Below are positions 24,689 to 36,800 of a stretch of DNA of 64,000 nucleotides, piece after piece. How positions within the stretch are numbered: position 1 is the first letter of the stretch; each line of letters opens with the position of its first letter. The notes beneath the pieces are model-generated. The model was not told the DNA's origin. It searched no databases and saw only the letters and a list, made by a program, of their open reading frames with translations. The stretch comes from Paraphysomonas bandaiensis (Eukaryota; Protista; Chrysophyceae), in contig CBFFRP010000410.1 of assembly GCA_965644295.1 (NCBI GenBank), positions 186,001 through 250,000 on the forward strand, written 5' to 3'. A program made the position numbers and the translations under genes.

Positions 24689-26391
24689 ATGGAAGCATCC
24701 ACACAAATCGAGAAACTCATATCTACATTCCTTCATCATCTTGTGAACAATACGATCATGTCTTTCAATATTCCACGAGGGGATAGTATAGACGATATCT
24801 ATCAATTAGATTGTGATCAAACAAGTGAAAACAATCACATTGTAAGGAGATTAGAGAAAGTGGAATCATCCAGAAAATATGCACAGATGTTTGCTGTTGT
24901 AGCTCTAGTAGCAGAGCTTATATCAGGTGCTCATAGACAGTTGTATTCATATGTATCAGTGTGTATTATGGGATGTACTGATTCTATATGTAGTTTATAT
25001 AGTAACATGAGGTTGTTATAGTCAACAAGACGATCTCTCAGCGTGATGTTTACTACACTCTCAAGACGATATTCAGAAACCAGAAAGAGTGTAATAGCAT
25101 CGTAATTGAGGTTGGTTTAGTATTGGGCCTAAAACGACGTGAGTATCATACTTTTACAATTCTGTAGTAAATGATTTGTATATACAGATGAGATGGGCAT
25201 TTGTCCGGCATCTAAAGGTATATTAATGAGAAAAGTGTGTAGTATTAGTTATATACTGAAGGATATGTTGCTGGTGACTTGAGTTTTCGATCTGGCCCTA
25301 ATGAGGTGTGGACTTCATGTTTGGAGTCATCACCTGAAGGTGGTTTGCCGATTGCGTCTATATGGACGTTTGCAGCAGCAGGAAAGGTACCTCTGGAAAT
25401 GCGCACGTCAGCACGGGTTATATTGGTTGTTGAAAAAGAGGGAATATTCCACAGATTATGCGAGGATCGTATATTTGAGTGAGAATGAATTCAACCATTA
25501 TGCATCTTCAATATTTTACTTTTTACATTTAGGCGCATTCCTTGTATTCTTATTACTGCCTGTGGTAAGTATACAGTACGGTCGTATTTTCAGTTGCTGG
25601 GGAAAGTGTGCTAAAATCTGACGTAAACAGACTGTCTTTAAATCAAATAATAATGCCGATGTTTTGTAGGGTTTCCTGATATAGCCACCAGATCTCTACT
25701 GCACTTTGTCTCCAGCACTTATGAGGTGCACATCCTAACTGCATGCGACAAGTTATCTTATAAATATTGTTCTACATTCATTTGCTGGCAGGAGATGGAA
25801 GTAATCGGCATATGTGACTTCAACCCATGTGGTGTGGGCCTCCTTCTCACGTATAAGGTCAGACACGATATACTATGCATATTATTTCAATTCTATTATA
25901 CCTTTTTATTCCAATTATGTATGTAACCTTCTTGTGACCTATTAGACTAAATATATTTGCAATTGGTTTAGATATATTCACGATGTTTCTCGTGATATAG
26001 TTTGGCTCTATTTCAATGGCATTTGAAGGCAGAGGGCTAGAAGTGTATCGTTTACAGTGGATGGCAATGAGGTGGCAGCATGTGGAGCACCTGAGAGTAT
26101 CACTGCAGGGATCAGATGAATTCGCTCAACCTCTGACTTCAAGAGACAAAAAGAAGTTGGAAAATCTCCTGGCTTCTAAATATATGCAGGCAACATCTTT
26201 AACACCAATCTATTTCCCTTCAAATTTATTTATCTCGCTTTGTTCAGACTGTGTCCACCGCATTCAAGAATGAGCTAGAAGTAATGCTTCAGCAAGGAAC
26301 CAAGTATGAGTTAGAATCACTTTATTCCATTGGCATTACCTATATTTCTGATGTCGTTCTAAATGCTGTGTACAACAGGGATTTTATTTGA
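24689..26391 (+). CDS. SPO11: SPO11 / topoisomerase VI A family, most like meiotic SPO11-2; multi-exon
   Basis: SQRDVYY catalytic Tyr, ASKG, VVEKEGIF, ITACGFPDIATR, ICDFNPCG Toprim, KYELESL; final exon ends TGA at 26391. Confidence 0.9.
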
Positions 26392-26727
26392 ATATTACCG
26401 TGTTTTAAATCACAACGATATCATCGTAAGGCGTCATCAATACCATATGGAATTTTATGAAATAGTGTGTTGTTAAATAAGCGTGAATTATCTTTCTACG
26501 CTATTCCAAGAGTATTTTTCATACGTAACTAGATGATGCGAATTATAACTTAAATGAATTTGAGGACAATCATGAGAAGAAGTATGATGCATTGTCTGCG
26601 TCAATATTACACTCGACAAATCAACTTCGAGATTGGCCGTAAAACGTACTACTTTTAATACGACAAATATATATCTACTATCGACACCATAATCACAGTA
26701 CAAGTTCGTCATCAACAAATATGGAAT

Positions 26728-27348
26728 TTAAACGCAAGCCATATCTGAAGCACCTTCCAGTACTTCATAGTTGAGATCTAGCTTAGTGCTCTGGCACTGT
26801 CGCTTTCTTACTTGAAGGGCAAGAGAGTCGAATACCTCACAAGCTGCTCGTTTATATATGGCACGGGATTTACTGTCATCATCACTGGTAGTCTCTAGCA
26901 TATCCCAAGAAGAAATCGATGATGTAGTAGGATCATAAATTTCATTCCTGCTCTCGGCATCCAACACATCCCAAAGCACGTCCTCAACATTATCGTAATG
27001 CCAATCAGAAATACCAAGTCTTTCCATAATTCCAGTAATTACACCAAGTCGTTGCCACTTTTCCGGCTCTGCGAGTTCATAAACACCCCAAAACATATAA
27101 TGAATAGCCATGCATGTAAAGTAATCGAGTCTTTGAGAGATAACTGGACTACAAGTAGAAGATGTTTCATATGAAACACTGATAGATTGATTACGAGCAA
27201 TATCAGCTTTATGATCACTCCTTCTTCGTTCATCCTTTGTGTCTTTATCCGGTACAAAGGAGTCATATCGTGGTTTCTTTTCTGCTGTTACAGTGAGCTC
27301 AGCAGAGCATATAGCCGTATGTTGGATAGTGCTATCAGGTGACTGCAT
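26728..27348 (-). CDS. Hypothetical protein
   Basis: 206-codon ORF (true start uncertain) with an apparently globular middle segment; CATA-rich sequence upstream. Confidence 0.5.
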   Translation of the reverse strand: MQSPDSTIQHTAICSAELTVTAEKKPRYDSFVPDKDTKDERRRSDHKADIARNQSISVSYETSSTCSPVISQRLDYFTCMAIHYMFWGVYELAEPEKWQRLGVITGIMERLGISDWHYDNVEDVLWDVLDAESRNEIYDPTTSSISSWDMLETTSDDDSKSRAIYKRAACEVFDSLALQVRKRQCQSTKLDLNYEVLEGASDMACV

Positions 27349-28159
27349 ATCTCTACTATAGATATCTTATAAAAGAAGTTAAAGACTATACAATTGAACA
27401 CACACACTCTAGTTCATGTCAAGACCCATATGAGCGTTCCGTTCTCTTCCTCTCTGCGTATATACACACATATATATACTCATCTCTGCATTTAAGCGAT
27501 AACAGACAGATAATACAGTCACATTACACAGATATTCATAGTAAAATCCCTCAACTAATTCCTAGAAATCCAGTATTTTCGAATTTTGAATTAAAAGATT
27601 TTTCAAACTCCGATATTTAGAAACTTCAATATGACAACGTACAGAGTGCGTTGAGATGGATACTAGATATGAGATTTTCATTGAAATAGTACAGATATTT
27701 ATCAGAAAACCTGTATTTTTGAATTTCGAATACTAGAAATCAGAAATATTTATGTAAATACCTATGGATTTCCGTTTTTTTGTCCATGTATGCTCTGTAT
27801 GGTGTATATATAGGCAGTGGACTGATGTGGATAGCGGACACTCCTTCATATGGAAACAGCGCATTGTCTATATTGCCACATGCATCTATTGTATGAGGGC
27901 TATAATGAGACATGAGAATCAACCAAACAAGGAAGACAGGAGGGGAGAGCAATCCCATCATAACGACGTGTTCATCACCACCAGATATATTCAGTTAATG
28001 ATGATTGTCCCTGTATGACATATACATACAGAGATCTCATTACAGGAGCCTCATTACAGTTAGCAGAAGATGATAAACACGACAATAAGCATTTAAATGA
28101 AGCTCTCTACCAGCCATTTAAAGCAACTATGGAACGAAAGATTTTATCAGAGGTATCCA

Positions 28160-28408
28160 TAAGGAGAGTGGGGCAGTGGAGGGACATGAGATGACATGAG
28201 GCGGCATTGTATGTATATGTGTAAGGAGAGTATGGGGCAGTGGATGGACACGAGATGAAGATACATGCGGCATTGTATGTATATGTGTAAGGAGAGTATG
28301 GGGCAGTGGATGGACACGAGATGAAGATACATGCGGCATTGTATGTATATGTGTAAGGAGAGTGGGGCAGCGGAGGGACATGAGATGAAGATACAGGCGA
28401 CATTGTAT
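28160..28408. repeat. 66-bp minisatellite, ~3.8 copies
   Basis: TAAGGAGAG recurs at 28160, 28222, 28288 and 28354. Confidence 0.92.
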
Positions 28409-28768
28409 ACTGTATATAGCTGATGGTTGATGATTACATTACATATTGTCTATATTGTGTATAGTTAATATTATCTATAGTATATATATATAGATATGGC
28501 CACCAAGTATCTAGTATATACAACTAATATTGAATATGTACCCTTAAACGAAGCACTCCCTGGCCTTACTAATTTCTTCACACGGTGTTTTACATATAAC
28601 TACGATTATCTATGTTAACTCATACATGTAGTATGTAGTATATCTTATCACGGGATAAGAGAGCTGTATAGTATCGCGGTCGAAATATTTAGATGAGGCC
28701 AAAAGCCCGAGATTTTAAATAAGCTTCGTATTCACTCACAGAACATCTATATAATAGTGGACAGCAAG

Positions 28769-28826
28769 TAATAATTGAAATTATAATTGTCTACAACCTG
28801 CGTCAATTAATTCAAGCGCAGCCCTG
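28769..28826. mobile_element. Fragment of the small CAGGGCTG MITE family
   Basis: Ends CAATTAATTCAAGCGCAGCCCTG (reverse CAGGGCTGCG); shares AATTATAATTG.CTACAACCTG with 51325-51373. Confidence 0.55.
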
Positions 28827-29204
28827 ATACATAATATGTATTAGGACCTCCGTTAGTAGTTAGTTCCAATCTACATTCTTAATGTACAGTTGATTCGAAC
28901 AAACTCACTTTGCAACAGTTATAACTTTGATATCGCTAAGACATATCACTTATTACTTAAGCAGGTAGTAAATTCACATATCCCCATAACTTCATGCAGT
29001 AATATATAACCGATTCATATTGGCTAAAATTATAACTATTTGTCGATGCCGCTGAGAACTGAACTGGCGATTACTACATTTCCTCCAAGAGAAATCGTCA
29101 TATCTCATACAATTTGCAATCCTAACATTTTTCTATTTTGTTTAACAGTTAAAGCTTCTGTAAATGGCGACGCCACGTAAGGTAAAACAGATTATCCAGG
29201 GCAC

Positions 29205-31015
29205 TTATTGGAGACGTGCTCGCTTAGGCGATACCATATCAGCAGAGGACTGCTGCTTGTGCAGCTGTGCATCTCTACTTCCATAATCAGAACTCCACCC
29301 GTCGCCACTCATGCCACTATAATTCTTTTTATTTGCACTCTCCAAAAGCGAGACAGGGGGTGTGTCCGGAGGTGGCAGAAAGTCAGGGGTTGGGGGCTGC
29401 TCCGCTCTACACAAGAAAGAGTTAGGACATCCACTATCATAGAAGATGAGTTAACACCAACGGGAAAAAAAACATGGCAAACATAAACCACACAACCAAC
29501 CTGGCACCAGTGGCTGTCGGTGGGGTGGGAGGGGGTGGGAGAAACTCTGGAGTCGGTGGCACAGAAGTACCGGCCGGCGCAGATGTAGCTCCCCCTTCCG
29601 CAGGAAGATCGACAGATCTAGGCTTCACATTGGTAACCTGTACGCGTCGAGTAGAAGCGATGTTCGATCCCTCCTCATCGTACGGATAAGGGTCATCCAG
29701 ATTGACTTCCTCCATATCCCTGCTACTATTGGAAGGTTCATTATGCTCACCAGTACTGGAACGGCCAGGATGGCGCTCGCCGGATTCGCCAGAACGACCT
29801 AGATCGTCTACGCAGCTTTTCACCTGGACGATATTGGGAGGCTTGTATTTATGTTTATTGGTCAACACCCAATCGTTTCGCTCATATATCTCGATCACAT
29901 GATAGCAAATGTCTATCGTAGATACGACTAATCAGATTTTCCAATATAGAACCCATGCACATAGCTGTACCTTTAAGTGTATCTACATCAATATCGTCCT
30001 TGATGAGCTCGTACCAGGATTTCCCCACATTCGAAAGACTCTGCGAGTCTCTGGGAGATGACAACGCATGGCTGCCCCTCCGTGGGATCACGGGATTGAT
30101 TCCCAATTGCAGTGTGGCTAAAAATACAGCCCCCAGTGCAATCTTACTAGCAGGGTAAAGCAAACACAGAACTGTACGACAGCTGCAGTGCATGGGCATC
30201 AAAACACGCAGCTATATACAGAAAAGTGAGCTGACCTGTCTCGGAGAAAGTGCAGTGCGACGTTGACCAGTTCAACTTTTTTGTTGTCGGGCACATAAGC
30301 TAAAATGCCGTTGAGTAACCCATATAGATTGAGAACACTTCTGTAACATTCAAGTAACATACTCACACTTTAGATCAATCTTCACTTTCATAACGCAAGG
30401 AGCAATTGGGTGCTCGAGTTTTAAATCGAAGGAAAGAGTGTGAAGTAAGATCCTTTCAGCCACAAGAATTTTCTCTCGTAAATCCGTCATTATCTACTCC
30501 GAACCATCAGTATACATTGTTTACCATAAAAGGTATCACCTCATCAGTCTGGTCATACAACTTGATTTGACAATATCCCTTAAGTAGAGTATCCAACTTC
30601 CGCGGACACTCCTCAACTTTCATTGCCAAAAACAAGCACGCAGCTCCAATAATCTATACATCTTAATAAACATCTTCTATAACACTATCGATATGAAGGT
30701 ATTACATATCTGTTATGTGTTTTAAATGACTGGTATACAAAAAACCGGTGAAACATAATACAAGCTGCTGAATCCGCCACCGCCTCAGCTGGAGGGGTCG
30801 TTTTATGACTATGTATGTATAGATTACACTCATCATCTCTATGGATATACAATGTATCACTACCTTCTCATTGTAACCCCTAATTCAAGTATGAATAAGA
30901 CCGTATGCTGCCTGTAACGCTTCTCCTTATCCCATGAGATACCGTCTTCTCTGGAAGGAGTCTTGTTAAGCATATCAGGTGAAAAAATCCAAGGATTTCT
31001 CTCATTATCAGCCAT
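29205..31015 (-). CDS. Transcriptional cyclin (cyclin T/K/L group), multi-exon, Pro-rich tail
   Basis: WIFSPDMLNKTPSREDGISWDKEKRYR, ACIMFHRFF, GAACLFLAMKVEECPRKL, ERILLHTLSFDLK, LCLLYPASKIALGAV. Confidence 0.88.
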
Positions 31016-32297
31016 ATTTGACCAGTTGTTTAGCTTGTCGATTAAACGATCAAGCGAGACAACAAGTGAGGAAACAATCAAACCGATCAACGCAGCATGT
31101 TTACTCCTCATACATACATACATACATACATACACATACATACACATACATATACAGACATACGCAGACACATACACTCAGTGGGGTTCTTTTTCTGTGG
31201 ACGTTCTTTTTCTTTCCTCATTATCTGGAGGAGAGTATCTTGAGGAGGCTTATAAATTCAGTTTATGAAATACTTCATACAACTCATTTTTGAGGCAGTG
31301 TATACCGATATACTGTACATGATACATACAATTTCACATAGTATACAAAAAATTATGATATTGTTGCATAAAAACCCACATATTTACAGAAAAACAAGGG
31401 TTTATTGACAGGGACATAGTGTCAAGTTGTACCTTTTTCACAACTTTGATCACTCAGGCAGTTGGGTTTGATGCATATATTGCCAGGTTCGATTATAACA
31501 CTCATAATATAACCACGGGCAATAAGAGACGATACTCCTTATCCCTAGAGGTTGAGTTGTAGGTTATCCTCATGATGCTGTATAAAGAAACATGTGTTCC
31601 TTGATTAGCATTAAGTTCTCATATTGCTTCAAGTCAATGATATGTATACAGTATGCTTAGGGAATAGCAATTGCACTATAGATCAACTCTAAACAATATC
31701 GTTATCACATTTAAATGCAACACGCTTAACCTCTGCTGGTGCAACTGATTGAATGATGTGTGTATGATATGAGGCACACAATATCTTGAGAAGCACCCAA
31801 ACCCTAAAGAACTAGGTGCCACTGCTCCTAACCACCTACACAACATCAGATTAAAGTCTTCTGTAATGTTCTTGATGTTGGTTACGAAGTTAGATCTCTT
31901 GCACTGACATCATTATGATCTTCTACAGCAGATGAAGGATGGGATATAACTTGGAGTGTTAGATGATCTGCTCTAACACTCATGTTATGTTTGGCTCATG
32001 TTTGTGGTCCCCTCTTTAAATATGTAACCTAATGAAATCGCGTACAAATGACTATCAATATTATAATTAAGATAAAAGTGAGTTTCTTTTGAACCGAATA
32101 TTGAAGAGTTGAATGTCTGTATTCGCCCATTGCTAATATGAGTGCTCTGTTGAGCCCGAATAAGAGGTCAAAAAAAGCTTTTTTGAGACAAAATGGGGAT
32201 AAGCATATATCGTGCATATTATGGCCCTATCATGCACTTGTATGCTACTCTACAAAGGGAGAAATTTCCTGTGTTTGATACGGGTAATCCTGTAGGC

Positions 32298-33070
32298 CAG
32301 GGCTAGGAAACAATATATTGCAATACTATTGTTAGAGAGTGTTCCAACAATACTATTGATGGAGATTTTAAACAGGCCCAACAATACAATTACAATATAT
32401 TGTCAATGTATTGCAATATATTAGTATGACTAATTGGTAAGTAAACACATCCGTAGATTTCATTTTTAGTATTAGTCATTAAGATCACATGACAACCAAA
32501 CCAACTACAGCTTATAGCTAATAAGAATCCACCTTGTCCTCATCCTCTGCGCCATCATCGGTGACGTCAACATCACCATATATTCATTCACAGAGTTAAT
32601 TGAAATATGCTAGCATCCGGCCACAACTATCGATTAGCTTTCAGAAACAACAGCATATTAAGTAGGATGGATACTTTTGCGCAACACTGATATAATATGT
32701 TTAGCTTCGCTGAACAGACGTTCCCATGTATTGGAAGTATATACTACATGACTCGTGGACCTGTACGTTTCTCAAGTTCTTGAGCTAACTGAAGATTTTT
32801 ATTCGGTTAGCTCAAACATCAGCTTCATCATCCTCTGTATTGTTGCAATCACTGTCTGAACGGAGATATATTCTAACAGCATCTTTCTCAGATCTTGTCA
32901 AATCAAATTCTTTGCCTGCTTGGATATTTGCAATTCCATATTCCCTAAATTCGGATCATTAACAATGGAGCTATTTTTACTTAAAGCAGATAGGGGATAC
33001 CTTGCCCCGAAGTCTATCAATAAGGCATTCATATAGATTTACTTGACTTGATCCTTCTGTTTGAAGCAGC
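32298..33070 (-). mobile_element. hAT transposon remnant (one end plus decayed transposase C-terminus)
   Basis: Terminus CAGGGCTAGGAAACAATATATTGCAATAC homologous to the 6487 end; frameshifted ERLFSEAKHIISVLRK; inner boundary approximate. Confidence 0.8.
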
Positions 33071-33827
33071 TTGGAATATCTTTCAAACTTTCTTAGGTCT
33101 TGTTTGTTTCGCCTTCAACCGACTCCAAAAACAGCGGTAATTATCTTTACTCTTGTATGCATTCATCTTATTTATCAGTATGAATATATATGTATGATGT
33201 GTTATTAAGAGACTGTACATGTATATATGTGTAGAGTACTGTTTGAGCTGGCGATGCATAAAATATAGAAAATAATACCAAGAATAGGCTTTTTTCTTAT
33301 TTTTCGGATTATTTATATCCATTTTGCGCCTTACAGTTGAGAATCTTCTCTTACATGACTATCATAATATTGATTGCAATATCGAATCGTCATGACTACA
33401 TAGTTATACAGTATTTTAACTTCGTATTACAGTTTTTTCACATAGTACTTGACGAAAAATACAGATATATCTTAGAATTACGTATTTTAACAGATACGGC
33501 CAATTTATTTCAAGCTATGACTCTATCATTTTTAAGTAAGTTCAATAAATATATGAACTAAGAACTTATATGTTGTCGGAGATCCCCTACATAGCTAGAG
33601 AGTATATACTATTGACTTAATGACATAACAAACTAGATTTTTAACAAGGACAACGGTGAATCTTACAATGTCTAATACGATACAGAGTATGTTTTCCCGT
33701 TGCAAACGATATTTTTCAACACTCTTCAAATGTGATGTCATTATTGGTATCACACGATAATAACGAGTATATTGCATTATTATTACTGGTTGTATTGCTA
33801 TTCAAGTCAGAAAACTAATGAAACCCT

Positions 33828-36800
33828 CTATTCACCAAGTTGCGCATTAAGTCTCCTACACACTTGCAGCCGGTATGTGTCAAGTACAGGAACAAGCGCT
33901 AGTTCCGGTTTAGTCAACACATCTTGAGCATAGTTGTAATCTGTCGATGAAAGTTCCGTAATTACTTCAAACAAATACGTTCCAATATCATGCACTGCGA
34001 TCTTGGTAACAGTATCTGAGTCGGAGATATTAGTGCACATGCCAAAATTAGAACGCCTGAGTGTCTTTAGTAAATCCAACGCTTCTTGTAGTATACTACA
34101 TGACAGTTCAATAACTTCATCTGATGTCATCCGAGGGGCCTCATTTTCTGATGCTTCTTCAACTGAGATATTGTTTGGCTTTGTATACTGTGATCGCAGC
34201 TTTTCTACGTTCTCTTTAAGTTTAAAGTACGACAATAGCGCCCCTCCAGTATCTAGCCATTCGTCCTCATTGGCTTTACCAACGCTATCTTCCAATGCAT
34301 ACAAGAGCTTTTTGATAAGATCTTCCGTCTCGGGGGCATCAAAGAGCGCCTTCGGAACTAGATCACGGCACACAATTCGTGTGGCAGAAAGCCACTGACC
34401 GCAGCAGCGCAGATACTCAGCCTCAACATGCCGTGTGTGACCGTATCGATAAGCTGTTGCTTCGTTTAGTAAGCGATCACTAATAAAGAACTTAGTCATT
34501 AGAGAAAATTCGCTGGAGTCTTCATTTTTCTCCCACTTCTCACGTCCACCATAGCGCAGAACAATATCACGCACAGCATATGTTCTTACTATCGGGTCTT
34601 CAATTTGAAGACATAAGAATACGGCCCACTGCCACATGCCCTGAGATAACAATTGGAATACCATGTGTTGGCGCACAATACTGGCTTGAATGGTAACTTC
34701 GGATTTTTCTAATACACCTGTCGCCTCAAGCATGAGAAGTATGATATAGGAGCCGCGATAATCAAGTACGTCCCGCGTGTATCCTCGAGGCCTCAGACAG
34801 AGCTTGGCAGAGGACTCATTACCTCCAGATTGCGTATCGAAATATACCTTGAGAAGACTATACAAGGCATGATAGGGTGGCGATTCATCATCAATATTTT
34901 TTTCGGAAGTTGTTTGGTACGGTGGACTAGGGGCATGTGGGTAACACTTACCAAAATTCGAAAGCGCCTGAGAAAGTTGTCCACTGGAACCATTGGCAAA
35001 CCAAAATATAACACCCAGAGCATTTGTCCATTCCATGTCAGACAGAATACTTTCACTGTATCCATTTTCACTAACATCTCCACCAATTATGCGATATACT
35101 GCCAATAAATCACGCGATATAGTCTCATTCGCCCGGTACTGAAACCACTGCATGAGCTGATCGTTTATCAGGGAGGTCACATCATCGTCGCTTTCAAGCT
35201 GACAGAGTAGCATTGACAGCCTATGTAGATCTGCTGACTGTGCAACTTCAATCGCATCAGACACGCGCCGAGAGCTGAGCAATTGAAATATTTTGGTGTA
35301 AACCTCGTCTATTTCCAAGTCCTGATCGCTGAGCTCAGCCGCTGTTATCCCCTCTGTCATATAAATGTAAGAGTACAGACATACATCTATCGCACATGCA
35401 TACCATTAGGATCGAATGCTACTGCCGCTAGCCAGCGTGCAAGGCACTCATGTCGACGCTCCCAAAAAGAAGCAGCAGATTCATAATCACGGTCACCGTC
35501 GTACATAACCATGTCCATTTTAGAGACATTGTCACCATCTCGTGGGGAGGCAATCTCATACAGTGGCATGATACTGGAATGGGAATTAAATACACTACTC
35601 TCCTGGCCTTTTCTAAACCTCTCAAGAAACAAACTCTCTTGGCCACAACATGCGTCAACTAATGATACGATTTTCGAAATAATCCAACAAGGGTGATGGC
35701 GTGGCAAGCTTTCAGAATCACCCTGCCCATAGTGTTCATGCAGGGAGTTGTCAGGGAAGAAGTTGCCTAGGTCCTTCAAAAGTCGTACAAATCGAAGATA
35801 TTCGTCCATATCTGAGAGTTTAGACCGTGCCAGGCTCCACAGAGGGGGAACATCCCCAGATTCTAGGGATGCTTCTAGCTCTGGACCCACCTCGGTGACA
35901 GTGTTCTGACTAGAAGCAGAGAAGATAGAAGTCAACACTTGCGCAAGTGTTTTGTATGACGGCGGTTGGTCTGGAAAAGTGTCTTTGCACCACTGAAGAC
36001 AATCAATTTTTTCGACTCGTATATTACGCGTAACCTCCGCATCCCCATCTTTTTCTTTGGAGAGGGCCAACTTACCAGGATGAATAATTTTCCCTGATGC
36101 ACTCCAGCCAACACGAAACGATCTTCCCAAGTACAGAGCCGCATCCACAGGTTTCTTCTTAACAGAAGCCACACCATATTTAACAGACCCAACAGTAGTA
36201 AAAGTATTTAAGTCGCTTTCACTGATAGAAACACCTAGTTTTTGAAGTTGAGTAGATTTGACTTCCTGCAATAATCGCATGCATGGGCTGTCACCGGCAG
36301 GCCACTGACGGCCAATCGCAGATTTTCCATGAAAAACGAAACTCCTAGGTACCTTGGCGCTTAGCCCATATGATAACTCACTCTTCGAAGGTGCATACTC
36401 AACAACCTGAAGTGGCGACGGGTCAGTATCATGACTCACATGCACTCCCTTTCTCGAGAGATTACCAAGAGTAGTAGAAGGTTGAGCAGCATGCATCAGG
36501 AGACCGGGGCTGGGGCGAGGAGCTTGTACATCACTTGGTTCATCGTCCTCTTCCATAAGATAAGAGTTGTCATACCCTTGCTGCATTAAAGACCTTCTGA
36601 TACGACCTAATTCGGTGTAGTCCGAGTTCAATGAGCTGGAGAAGGGTGACCTGTAGACAGCAGGCGAGTGCTCACGTTTTTGACGAGGTGATGAAGTTGG
36701 CGCTGACATGTCTTCACACAAGCATTAATTTCTGTAACAAATGCATATATCATGAATTTACCTGCGTTGGAACCATTGAAGTGCACGGACTTCTTCACTG

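Noticed and set aside
28160-28408. Possible CRISPR array
   Set aside because: Contiguous tandem units with no unique spacers; eukaryotic context; no cas genes.
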